From NCBI GenBank assembly GCA_045599505.1, contig JAZRWC010000067.1, forward strand, positions 1 to 60,545: a stretch of DNA of 60,545 bases, in the 5' to 3' direction. This document shows, in pieces, positions 31,934 to 39,845 of this stretch. This stretch comes from Erysipelotrichaceae bacterium (lineage in GTDB: Bacteria; Bacillota_I; Bacilli_A; Erysipelotrichales; Erysipelotrichaceae). Each line of letters opens with the position of its first letter. Position 1 is the stretch's first letter. Position numbers and translations under genes: made by a program. Below the pieces are notes generated by a model, which saw only the letters and a program-made list of their open reading frames with translations, searched no databases and had not been told where the DNA came from.

Positions 31934-33736
31934 TTATCTAATCTTAGCTTCAAAAATAATACCAGAATATGGTGCTACTCTAATATTAATCTTGTATTTC
32001 ATCTTATGAATGTTGCCTTTTCTAGCTACAACCTTTTTGAAGTTGCACATGTTGCATCCACCATAGATGTCTTTCTCTGAATTTAATATTTCAGTAAAAT
32101 AGCCGTATGTTGGTACACCAATTTCGAAGTTTTCATATGAAACTGGCGACATATTAAGTACAGTTACATAGACATATTCATCATCGTAACGTACATAGCT
32201 ATAAACTCTCTGCATCGCATTGTCTGCATCAATCCACTTATAGCCCTTTTGTTGATAATCATATTTATAGAAAGCAGGTTTGCTCTTATAAATATTATTT
32301 AGATCACGGCATAATCTTTTAAAGCTATCATGATTAGGATATTTCATCATAAACCAATCTAGCTCTTTATTTTCGTCAAACTCTCTAAATGAAGCAAATT
32401 CATTGCCCATAAAGCTTAGCTTCTTACCAGGATGAGTATATAAATATACCATCAGATTTCTACACTGTCTAAACTTGTCTTCATAGCTTCCCCACATCTT
32501 GTCTACTAGAGTAAGCTTTGAATGAACAACTTCATCATGTGAGAATGGAAGAATGAATCTTTCATTATAGAAATACGCCATAGAGAAGTTGATAAGATTG
32601 TGATTGAAGTGACGGAACTCTGGGTCCATATGATAATACTTTAATGTATCATTCATCCAGCCTAAATCCCACTTATAGTCAAAGCCTAATCCAGTCTTTG
32701 GATCAGCTGTAACTCCCTTATAATCACTGCTGTCTTCCGCAATTGTCATTACAGTTGGGAACTTCTCGTGAATATGATAGTTGAAGCGTTTAATAAAACT
32801 GATTGCGTTCTCATTTACTCCTAAAGCCTTATTGCCATGGTAGTAGATAAGATTGCTGACAGCATCAACTCTTAAACCATCAATATGGTACTTATCAAGC
32901 CATAAACAGCTTGAGCTAAGTAAGAATGACTTAACTATATTTTTACCAAAATCGAAATAATATGTTCCCCATTCACTTTCAATATCAGATTCATATAGCT
33001 TAGTACCATCAAATCTTCCTAAGCCAAATGTATCCTTTAAGAAATGAACTAGAACTATATCCATAATGACACCGATACCGTTATTATGGCAGGCGTCAAT
33101 GAACATCATTAATTGATATGGTGAACCATATCTTGATGTGATACTGAAGTAACCATATTGTTGGTATCCCCAAGATGCATCAAGAGAGTGTTCGTTTAAT
33201 GGTAGTAATTCAATGTGAGTATATCCCATCTCTTTTACATATGGGATTAGCTCATCGATCATTTCATAATAAGTAAACCATTTACCTTCCTTATTATGTT
33301 TAAAGCCACCTAAATGTGCTTCATAAATGTTAAGTGGTTTATCAAGATTTCTTGTTCTCTCCCTCATCCACTTTTCATCAGTCCACTTATAATCTAAAGA
33401 GACTACTCTACTAGCAAAACCAGGTCTAAGCTCATTGTAGAATCCATAAGGGTCAGCTTTTTCTACTAACTTTCCTTTAGAATCCTCTACCACATATTTA
33501 TATGTAGCATACTCTTTTACTCCCTTAACCTTAGTTTCCCAGAAGCCTAATGTAGACTTCATCATAAAGTTTGCAGTCTTACTCCAGTTATTAAATTCTC
33601 CAGACAGCCTAACGCTTTTAGCGTTTGGAGCATAAACTCGGAATATAACGCCATCTTCAACTGGATGGGCACCAAAAATCTCATAGCCGTTTAAGCTATA
33701 TCCATCATAAAAACTTTGAAGATCGTTTAAATTCAT
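31934..33736 (-). CDS. glgB: 1,4-alpha-glucan branching enzyme
   Basis: GH13 branching-enzyme motifs DIVLVHF, GLRVDAV and FSHDEV. A GGAGG RBS precedes the ATG at 33736, so the track start at 33769 is probably too long. Confidence 0.9.
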   Translation of the reverse strand: MNLNDLQSFYDGYSLNGYEIFGAHPVEDGVIFRVYAPNAKSVRLSGEFNNWSKTANFMMKSTLGFWETKVKGVKEYATYKYVVEDSKGKLVEKADPYGFYNELRPGFASRVVSLDYKWTDEKWMRERTRNLDKPLNIYEAHLGGFKHNKEGKWFTYYEMIDELIPYVKEMGYTHIELLPLNEHSLDASWGYQQYGYFSITSRYGSPYQLMMFIDACHNNGIGVIMDIVLVHFLKDTFGLGRFDGTKLYESDIESEWGTYYFDFGKNIVKSFLLSSSCLWLDKYHIDGLRVDAVSNLIYYHGNKALGVNENAISFIKRFNYHIHEKFPTVMTIAEDSSDYKGVTADPKTGLGFDYKWDLGWMNDTLKYYHMDPEFRHFNHNLINFSMAYFYNERFILPFSHDEVVHSKLTLVDKMWGSYEDKFRQCRNLMVYLYTHPGKKLSFMGNEFASFREFDENKELDWFMMKYPNHDSFKRLCRDLNNIYKSKPAFYKYDYQQKGYKWIDADNAMQRVYSYVRYDDEYVYVTVLNMSPVSYENFEIGVPTYGYFTEILNSEKDIYGGCNMCNFKKVVARKGNIHKMKYKINIRVAPYSGIIFEAKIR

Positions 33737-33782
33737 CAGTAAAGTCCTCCATTGTCTATTGTATATCAAAGAAAGATTTTAT

Positions 33783-33830
33783 ACAAAGAAAATCGCAAAA
33801 AGTATGTATTACAACACTACTTTTTGCGAT
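33783..33830 (-). terminator. intrinsic terminator (13-bp perfect stem) between the membrane-protein gene and the glgB promoter
   Basis: ATCGCAAAAAGTA/TACTTTTTGCGAT followed by UUUUCUUU on the minus strand. A TTGTAT-17-TACAAT promoter follows. Confidence 0.75.
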
Positions 33831-33880
33831 CAGTATTTTTGTAAAGCGTTTCCAAAATAATCAATTGAAAACTATCGGTC

Positions 33881-34495
33881 TTATTTATTGTTAGCACTCA
33901 CCTTTTTGTAGGCATATATAAAGATACTTACAGCCATAATAGTCAGGTAAACACTTAAAAGTGGATACAATAGCATAGAGTTACTAAAGCGATATCCATA
34001 ATCAACTATCATTTCCTTAATCATCACAACTAGTAATATGACAAGTACAATTACATCATAATACTTTGGAATTTTAGCTACTAGTATATAAATGAAATTA
34101 GCAAACACAAAAGCCGTGATTAGTTTGATAGTCATGTCAGTAGCAGTATCTAATATAGAATCAGGTAATAATTCTAATGGAATCACTGTCGTAATTAACA
34201 ATGGGGTAACTTGCGCACCAACAAAGAAGGCTCCTAACCATTTATTAATCTCTTGTTTTTCAGATGACAATATAAATGAGCAACCTACTACCGATAGAAT
34301 AGGATAATATCCTTTAAAGCATTGACAAAAAAAGCCAAGTGTATTATCAATCTTTACACTGTACTCATCAATAATATGCCATCCATTATTTGCTGACAAA
34401 AATTCCATACCCATAAACAGGCCCAATAGCAGAAATGGTAGCATATATTTATATCCACGAATATCATTATCACTGTACATTCTATCTTCTTTCAT
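33881..34495 (-). CDS. hypothetical integral membrane protein
   Basis: About six hydrophobic helices and a good AAGGAG RBS. No family recognised. Confidence 0.5.
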   Translation of the reverse strand: MKEDRMYSDNDIRGYKYMLPFLLLGLFMGMEFLSANNGWHIIDEYSVKIDNTLGFFCQCFKGYYPILSVVGCSFILSSEKQEINKWLGAFFVGAQVTPLLITTVIPLELLPDSILDTATDMTIKLITAFVFANFIYILVAKIPKYYDVIVLVILLVVMIKEMIVDYGYRFSNSMLLYPLLSVYLTIMAVSIFIYAYKKVSANNK

Positions 34496-34556
34496 CTACA
34501 TCTCCTTAATACTAATCTCATTATATGTTGGATTAAATATTTTTGCGAGTTTTTTT

Positions 34557-34590
34557 AAAAAAAAGATGTTCAACGCATATTGAACATCTT
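34557..34590 (-). terminator. intrinsic terminator after the MATE gene
   Basis: 11-bp stem AAGATGTTCAA/TTGAACATCTT followed by a U8 run on the minus strand. Confidence 0.8.
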
Positions 34591-34595
34591 ATCAT

Positions 34596-35942
34596 TTATC
34601 TTAAATGAGCTTTCTTTGGCCATTTAGCAAACATGTAATAGAACAACGCTAATAAGCCAGCAGTTGTATAACCGATAACTCCAGAGAAGTAGATAATCTT
34701 AATATCATTGATCATTTTTAAGCCAAAGAATACGAAGCAATATCTAGCTAAACATTGAGTCAGGATACCATTGATCATTGGAATTCTAACATTTCCTGCT
34801 GCCCTGAAAGCACCATGGAATGTATGTGACCATCCAACAAAGATATAGCTGAATACCATAATTCTAGTCATTGTTACACCATGTCTAACAATTTCTGGAT
34901 CCTTATTGATCATCATAACTAATGGTGGTGCTGCAACGAAGATTAATGAGCAACCAAGTACACCGATAATAGTAACTAATAATAAGCTCTTCATTAATAT
35001 ATCCTTAGCTCTATCGTATAGCTTAGCACCATAACATTGAGACACCATGTTTGTTGTTACACTTGAAAATGCCATCAAAGGAATTTGGGCAAAGTTAGCG
35101 ATTTTTTCCGCCGCACCAATACCAGAAATAGCTTCATTAGGGAATAAGTTGATGTATGATTGAATCATCATACTGCTTAAAGCAATACACATATTACCGA
35201 TACCAGCAGGAATACCCAAAGCACAAACTCTCTTTACCATTCCAAAGTCAAACTCCATGTGGAAGACATCAAATTCTACAACATTCTTCATCTTCATCAA
35301 CAATCTAACAACGAATATATCAACAATTAATTGAGAAATAATTGTAGCTAAAGCTGTTGCGTATGCACCTAGATGCATAACTCTAACAAATAAGACACCT
35401 AATGTCATATTGATAGCACAAGATAATATTAAGTAGTATAGAGGATGCTTAGCATCACCAAAGCTTCTTAAAATATAGAATACTACCTGGTATGTTAATA
35501 CAGCTGCATGTCCTAAACTGTAAACTCTTAAATATACTAAGGCTGTTGGATAGATATCTGGCTGAATATTAGTAACACCCATTAAAAATGGTATTAATAA
35601 TTCTGAAATTATAGTTAATAATAAACCTCCACCAATAGAGAACATGATACAACTATCTACTGAGATTTTTAATTTTTTCTTATCACCGCTACCAAAGCAA
35701 TTTCCTACAACTACACCTGCTCCAGCTGCAATACCAGAAAACATAAATCCATAGATATTACAAATTGAGTTGCAGGCGCTTACTGCACTTAAGGCTAACT
35801 TGCTTACGTAGTTACCAACAATAACGGTGTTTGTTAAATGATAAACAGAATTAAATACGTTGGCTAAAATAATAGGCCATACAAATGTGATGATTTGTTT
35901 CCAAACATTTCCTTCTGTAAAGGTTATATTATCTTTACTCAT
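34596..35942 (-). CDS. MATE family efflux transporter
   Basis: 448 aa with 12 TM segments and an N-terminus typical of MATE/NorM-like proteins (WKQIITFVWPIILANVFNSVY). Confidence 0.8.
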   Translation of the reverse strand: MSKDNITFTEGNVWKQIITFVWPIILANVFNSVYHLTNTVIVGNYVSKLALSAVSACNSICNIYGFMFSGIAAGAGVVVGNCFGSGDKKKLKISVDSCIMFSIGGGLLLTIISELLIPFLMGVTNIQPDIYPTALVYLRVYSLGHAAVLTYQVVFYILRSFGDAKHPLYYLILSCAINMTLGVLFVRVMHLGAYATALATIISQLIVDIFVVRLLMKMKNVVEFDVFHMEFDFGMVKRVCALGIPAGIGNMCIALSSMMIQSYINLFPNEAISGIGAAEKIANFAQIPLMAFSSVTTNMVSQCYGAKLYDRAKDILMKSLLLVTIIGVLGCSLIFVAAPPLVMMINKDPEIVRHGVTMTRIMVFSYIFVGWSHTFHGAFRAAGNVRIPMINGILTQCLARYCFVFFGLKMINDIKIIYFSGVIGYTTAGLLALFYYMFAKWPKKAHLR

Positions 35943-36032
35943 ATTCTATTCCCCTTTTTCTTAATACTAATTCTATCACTTATACAAATTATTTACTTAA
36001 ATTTAACACTCAATAAAATACATTTTTACAAG

Positions 36033-36062
36033 AGAAAAGGCTCCACCATTTCTGGCAGAGCC
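36033..36062 (-). terminator. intrinsic terminator of the large ncRNA
   Basis: On the minus strand: GGCUCUGCCA-GAAA-UGGUGGAGCC (10-bp stem including two G-U pairs), followed by UUUUCUCUUG. Confidence 0.8.
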
Positions 36063-36792
36063 TCATAAATTGTGCATGTCATCCTTCGGCAATCCGCGCC
36101 TCCAGAATATATTCTTTCAGTTTTCCCGACCTTACGGCCAGTTCAGTTTTTCAGTTTTTAGCACTTCTCTTTACCACAGCTCAGATTACTCCAAACTGCT
36201 GCTGTTTCCCCAGTTCGCCTTTCAGCTCACCAAGGCTTCCATGCTCAGTCCAAACAACCTCGCACTTCGCACTTACCTCCAAGGCTAACGCCCCTTCAGC
36301 CGTCCCTTTCTTCCACCATTTTGCGACGATGAACCGCAGTAGCAAGCTCTCGCTTACCACAGGAACTGAGCAACTCTTTCAAGCCACCTACTAGCCTTTC
36401 GACCAGCTTCCCTAGCTACTCGCCTTATTTCATGCTTCTCACCAGATCTTCAACTCTCATCCAGGTTCTCCCTGAACTTCGTCTGACGACTATTGCTTTC
36501 GTTACCTACTTGCCGAAGCGAACCTAACTCGTCTCGCTCCCTGAGCCACCCTTTCGAGCAACCCATCACCTGTTTCCTCAAGGCTCTCACCCTGCCTCCC
36601 CAGGCAACGCCCTAGCCAATCCTTGACTAAGCCTACGACCCATTGCAGACCGTTTCCCTTGGGCCATCCAACCTTACGGCTACCAAGCCCGTGCCCTTAC
36701 TATCCACCAGCAATCTTGCGACCAACCAACAAAATTCTAGGCACCTTCACCAACGCTTTCGCGCCTTCTCAACTGGCCTTTCGACCGGCCGA
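36033..36792 (-). ncRNA. large (about 760 nt) highly structured non-coding RNA, family unassigned (ornate OLE/ROOL/GOLLD-class candidate or new)
   Basis: A GC-rich island in an AT-rich genome. No minus-strand ORF of 60 aa or more. It has its own near-consensus promoter and an intrinsic terminator. At least nine GNRA-capped hairpins, one UUCG hairpin and a GAAA-capped terminator are present. The transcript strand is strongly G-rich and C-poor. Confidence 0.75.
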
Positions 36793-36798
36793 GACAAT

Positions 36799-36827
36799 AT
36801 ATTACCACGGCTATATATATGTGTCAA
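36799..36827 (-). promoter_or_regulatory. SigA-type promoter of the large ncRNA
   Basis: On the minus strand: TTGACA (36827-36822), 17-nt spacer, TAATAT (36804-36799), preceded by an A/T-tract UP-like region. The predicted TSS is near 36790. Confidence 0.75.
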
Positions 36828-36862
36828 CAACTTTTTTATATTTTTCAAAAAATTTTTTATAA

Positions 36863-38098
36863 TTATTTTTCTTTCTTTTTAAATAGGTATTCGTCAACCT
36901 TCTTAACAATTACTTCAGGTATTTCTCTTTCAACTGGGAAACAATATGAATTAACTACTCTTTCAGTAAATGTTTTAACAAACTCTGTTGTCTTTAATAG
37001 GTTTAAGCTATCCATGAAGAAGAATTGATCATATCTATCATGGATGTAGGCCATTCCATTACCACCGAATCTGGCAAAGCTTACAGCAGGAATTCCCTTA
37101 TCAGCAAATGGGATGCAATCTGATGAATAGATATCATGTTTTACAGTAATCTGGAAACCAACTTCCTTTGAAAGATAATTTATGTAGTGCATTAATCCTT
37201 CAGGTCCTGTTACCATAGCTATATCATTTCCTAGTACTGGTCCAGCTACATCGACATTTATATTGAAGATAATCTTTTCTAATTCTGATTCGTGTTTTGC
37301 TACATAGTCTTTAGAACCTAGTAGTCCTCTCTCTTCAGAGCCACACCAGATGAAACGTAATGTTCTATCGGGTTTATTTTCTATAAAGTAATTATATAAT
37401 TCTGTTAAGATTACACTTCCTGCTCCATTATCGTAAACACCTTTTGAATATTCTACAGAATCAAAATGAGCTGTTAATGTGATTACTTCTTCAGGATACT
37501 TTTCCCCTTTAATATCGCTTATGACGTTGCAAGAGTTGATCTTATAAGTATCCTGTTTTGTCTTAATTGTCACTTTCTCAGGGTTTTCTAAAACTAACGC
37601 CATAGCATCTTCAATCTTCATATTAACCCCAGGAATATTACCCTTTTCTCTTAATATTCCTCTTAATTCACGATGTGATAGGTCGTTTTTATCATTTAAT
37701 TGTCCATTGAATGTGATAAAGCCTTTAGCTCCAGCTTTAATAAGCTTTTCAAACATCTTTACCCCTAAACCATTAACCATAACTATCTTGTCTTTACAAT
37801 TTTGTAAGCCAACCGCGTTATCACTATTTAGATAATAGAACTCCGCTGTAATACCTTCTTCAGGAGTGTTTGCACATTGATAGAAAGTTGAAACCTCATA
37901 TGACTTCTTATCTGTTGTTAATTCACTAACTGTAACATCTTGCCAATCTACTTCAAACTCTTCAATTACTGCTTTTCCACCAGCTTTTTCAACAGCCTGT
38001 TTTAGGCTATTTGCAGCTTGTCTTTCTTGAGGGCTACCACTGATTCTTGTATATCCAATCTCTTCTAACAATGCCCACTGTCTTTTGCTATCAATCAT
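36863..38098 (-). CDS. M28 family metallopeptidase (aminopeptidase)
   Basis: Metal-ligand pattern TAHFDS, YDNGAGS, CGSEERGLLGS and a distal HD. PA-like insert. Confidence 0.7.
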   Translation of the reverse strand: MIDSKRQWALLEEIGYTRISGSPQERQAANSLKQAVEKAGGKAVIEEFEVDWQDVTVSELTTDKKSYEVSTFYQCANTPEEGITAEFYYLNSDNAVGLQNCKDKIVMVNGLGVKMFEKLIKAGAKGFITFNGQLNDKNDLSHRELRGILREKGNIPGVNMKIEDAMALVLENPEKVTIKTKQDTYKINSCNVISDIKGEKYPEEVITLTAHFDSVEYSKGVYDNGAGSVILTELYNYFIENKPDRTLRFIWCGSEERGLLGSKDYVAKHESELEKIIFNINVDVAGPVLGNDIAMVTGPEGLMHYINYLSKEVGFQITVKHDIYSSDCIPFADKGIPAVSFARFGGNGMAYIHDRYDQFFFMDSLNLLKTTEFVKTFTERVVNSYCFPVEREIPEVIVKKVDEYLFKKKEK

Positions 38099-38139
38099 TA
38101 TTTACTACCTATTTCTTTCTAATATTGCCATTAAGGCAT

Positions 38140-38164
38140 AAAAAAGGAAGATTTACATCTTCCT
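38140..38164 (-). terminator. intrinsic terminator after ptsH
   Basis: AGGAAGAT-TTAC-ATCTTCCT followed by U6 on the minus strand. Confidence 0.8.
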
Positions 38165-38181
38165 ATTCGTTTTCAACTAAA

Positions 38182-38448
38182 TTAACCGATAACCTTCTGA
38201 GCCTTTAAAGTTTCAACGATTGTGTTTACTGCTTCTTCTTCACCTTCACCATCACAGCAGATTGCGATTTCAGACTGTGTAGGAATACCTAAAGACATAA
38301 CACCCATGATTGACTTCATATCAACTGTACGTCCCTTGAAAGAAACTGAAACTTTGCACTTGCACTTGCTAGCTGCGTTAACTGCTACTGTAGCAGGACG
38401 AGCATGTAATCCAACTGGATCGATAACTAAAACTTTTACTTCTGTCAT
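38182..38448 (-). CDS. ptsH: phosphocarrier protein HPr
   Basis: MTEVKVLVIDPVGLHARPAT (His15) and KSIMGVMSLG (Ser46). An AAGGAG RBS precedes the ATG at 38448, so the track start at 38514 is too long. Confidence 0.9.
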   Translation of the reverse strand: MTEVKVLVIDPVGLHARPATVAVNAASKCKCKVSVSFKGRTVDMKSIMGVMSLGIPTQSEIAICCDGEGEEEAVNTIVETLKAQKVIG

Positions 38449-38499
38449 ATTATTAAATCTCCTTTTTCCATATTTTTCTACCATCATTTTATACTCTTT

Positions 38500-38514
38500 T
38501 GGTATCGTTTTCAA
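38500..38514 (-). promoter_or_regulatory. candidate cre box overlapping the ptsH promoter -35
   Basis: The minus-strand sequence TTGAAAACGATACCA fits WTGNAANCGNWNNCW at all constrained positions. Confidence 0.35.
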
Positions 38515-38614
38515 TAAATGAACTATTAATTTTTACACCAATAACCCCTAATATTGACCCTATAATCACTTTTAATGTAGTTATTTAGATTTTTACTTAT
38601 AAAATAGATGTTTT

Positions 38615-39766
38615 TTATAATAGTGCTGCCGATTTTCTTCGCTTATATATCAAAGCTAAAATAGATGACATAACAGCGAATAAGCCAATCACAAATAACG
38701 CTACATTTACATTGTAGCTATCTTCTAAAGCCCCTACTAGTAAAGGAGCAATCAAAGCACTACTTGATGAATATAAAGCTAACCCTACCTGCTGGCCGCT
38801 TGATCTGATATTTTCTGGCGTCTCTTCTAGTATCAGATATTTACTTGTAACAGTCATAACTGGATAAGTAATAAACTGTAAGATTGAAATCAAGAATATC
38901 TGAGTTAAAGTAGTTGATAAACCGTATAGTAAATATCTCAATCCATAAACTGATGCACATAATAACATCATATTACCTGATCCAATCTTGTCTAATAACT
39001 TCTTTCCTAAAAAGAATAAAGGAAGCTCAATCATAGCCGATAAAGACCAATAGAAGCTAACCTGTGATGGTTTAGCATGTAATAATTCCATCTTATCAAC
39101 AATTGTATAATCTAATGATACCTGCATAATAAATGTACCAAGTAGCATCACACAAACTAGCATATACATAGGATTGGTAACTAACTTACCAATATCCTTA
39201 ACATCCATCTTTTCACTAGAGTTTTTAACTGCATCTGGAATCAAGTAACAGATACCTAATGAGATTATTGTTGTTAAACCAAAGGCAATCGGTACTAATT
39301 GATAACCAAAAGTCTCAACAACTTTAGAGATTACTGCACTACCTACTGCCCAACCTACTGAACCAAAAGCTCTACAAAAACCATATGACTCATTACAATC
39401 GCTCTCTAAAATCCAACTATCAATTAATCCTTGCAGCATTCTCATAAAGCCAATATTACCAGCTACTGCTAACAAATGAATAATGACGTTTTGAGTTTTT
39501 GTAAGATATAAAATTAACACTATAACAATATAAAACGCCCAAACGAAATTAGCATATTTCTTAATAGCTTTGCTCTTGTCGCAAAAATATCCTAAGATAA
39601 ACTGTCCAACAATACCACAAATAGCACCAACAGCGTACATTACACTTCTTAATGAAGCGCTATATCCTAAAGAAATAAGGAATGAAATCATCAGACAATA
39701 GCCTAACGCTAAACAAAACCATTCCATAAAGAACAACGCTGTAAACAATATCTTCTGTTTCTTCAT
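38615..39766 (-). CDS. MFS transporter
   Basis: 383 aa with about 12 TM helices and a composition typical of major facilitator proteins. Substrate unknown. Confidence 0.6.
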   Translation of the reverse strand: MKKQKILFTALFFMEWFCLALGYCLMISFLISLGYSASLRSVMYAVGAICGIVGQFILGYFCDKSKAIKKYANFVWAFYIVIVLILYLTKTQNVIIHLLAVAGNIGFMRMLQGLIDSWILESDCNESYGFCRAFGSVGWAVGSAVISKVVETFGYQLVPIAFGLTTIISLGICYLIPDAVKNSSEKMDVKDIGKLVTNPMYMLVCVMLLGTFIMQVSLDYTIVDKMELLHAKPSQVSFYWSLSAMIELPLFFLGKKLLDKIGSGNMMLLCASVYGLRYLLYGLSTTLTQIFLISILQFITYPVMTVTSKYLILEETPENIRSSGQQVGLALYSSSSALIAPLLVGALEDSYNVNVALFVIGLFAVMSSILALIYKRRKSAALL

Positions 39767-39845
39767 AATTTATCACCGTTTGATATTGTACCATACTTTA
39801 ATGAAATATATGTTATACTAGTTATATAAACAGAGGTGTTATTAC

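Noticed and set aside
33841-33856. A cre-like sequence, TGGAAACGCTTTACA, on the minus strand upstream of glgB.
   Set aside because: It is off-register with the cre consensus, with two or more constrained mismatches. It lies upstream of a strong terminator that separates it from the glgB promoter.
36033-36792. Identity of the large RNA as RNase P RNA, tmRNA, SRP RNA, 6S RNA, a group II intron or an rRNA fragment.
   Set aside because: I could not find GAGGAAAGUCC (RNase P P4), a tag-peptide reading frame with a tRNA-like CCA end (tmRNA), the SRP domain IV motif, or a 5' GUGYG with a domain V-like hairpin and intron ORF. The length fits none of these. It still needs a covariance-model search.
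36070-37028. Plus-strand track ORFs 36070..36288, 36623..36862, 36643..36882 and 36819..37028, as possible small proteins.
   Set aside because: They lie on the pyrimidine-rich antisense strand of the structured RNA, or antisense to the M28 gene. They encode low-complexity Pro/Ser/Leu/Phe strings, have no RBS and overlap each other. They are open only because the strand is poor in stop-forming triplets.
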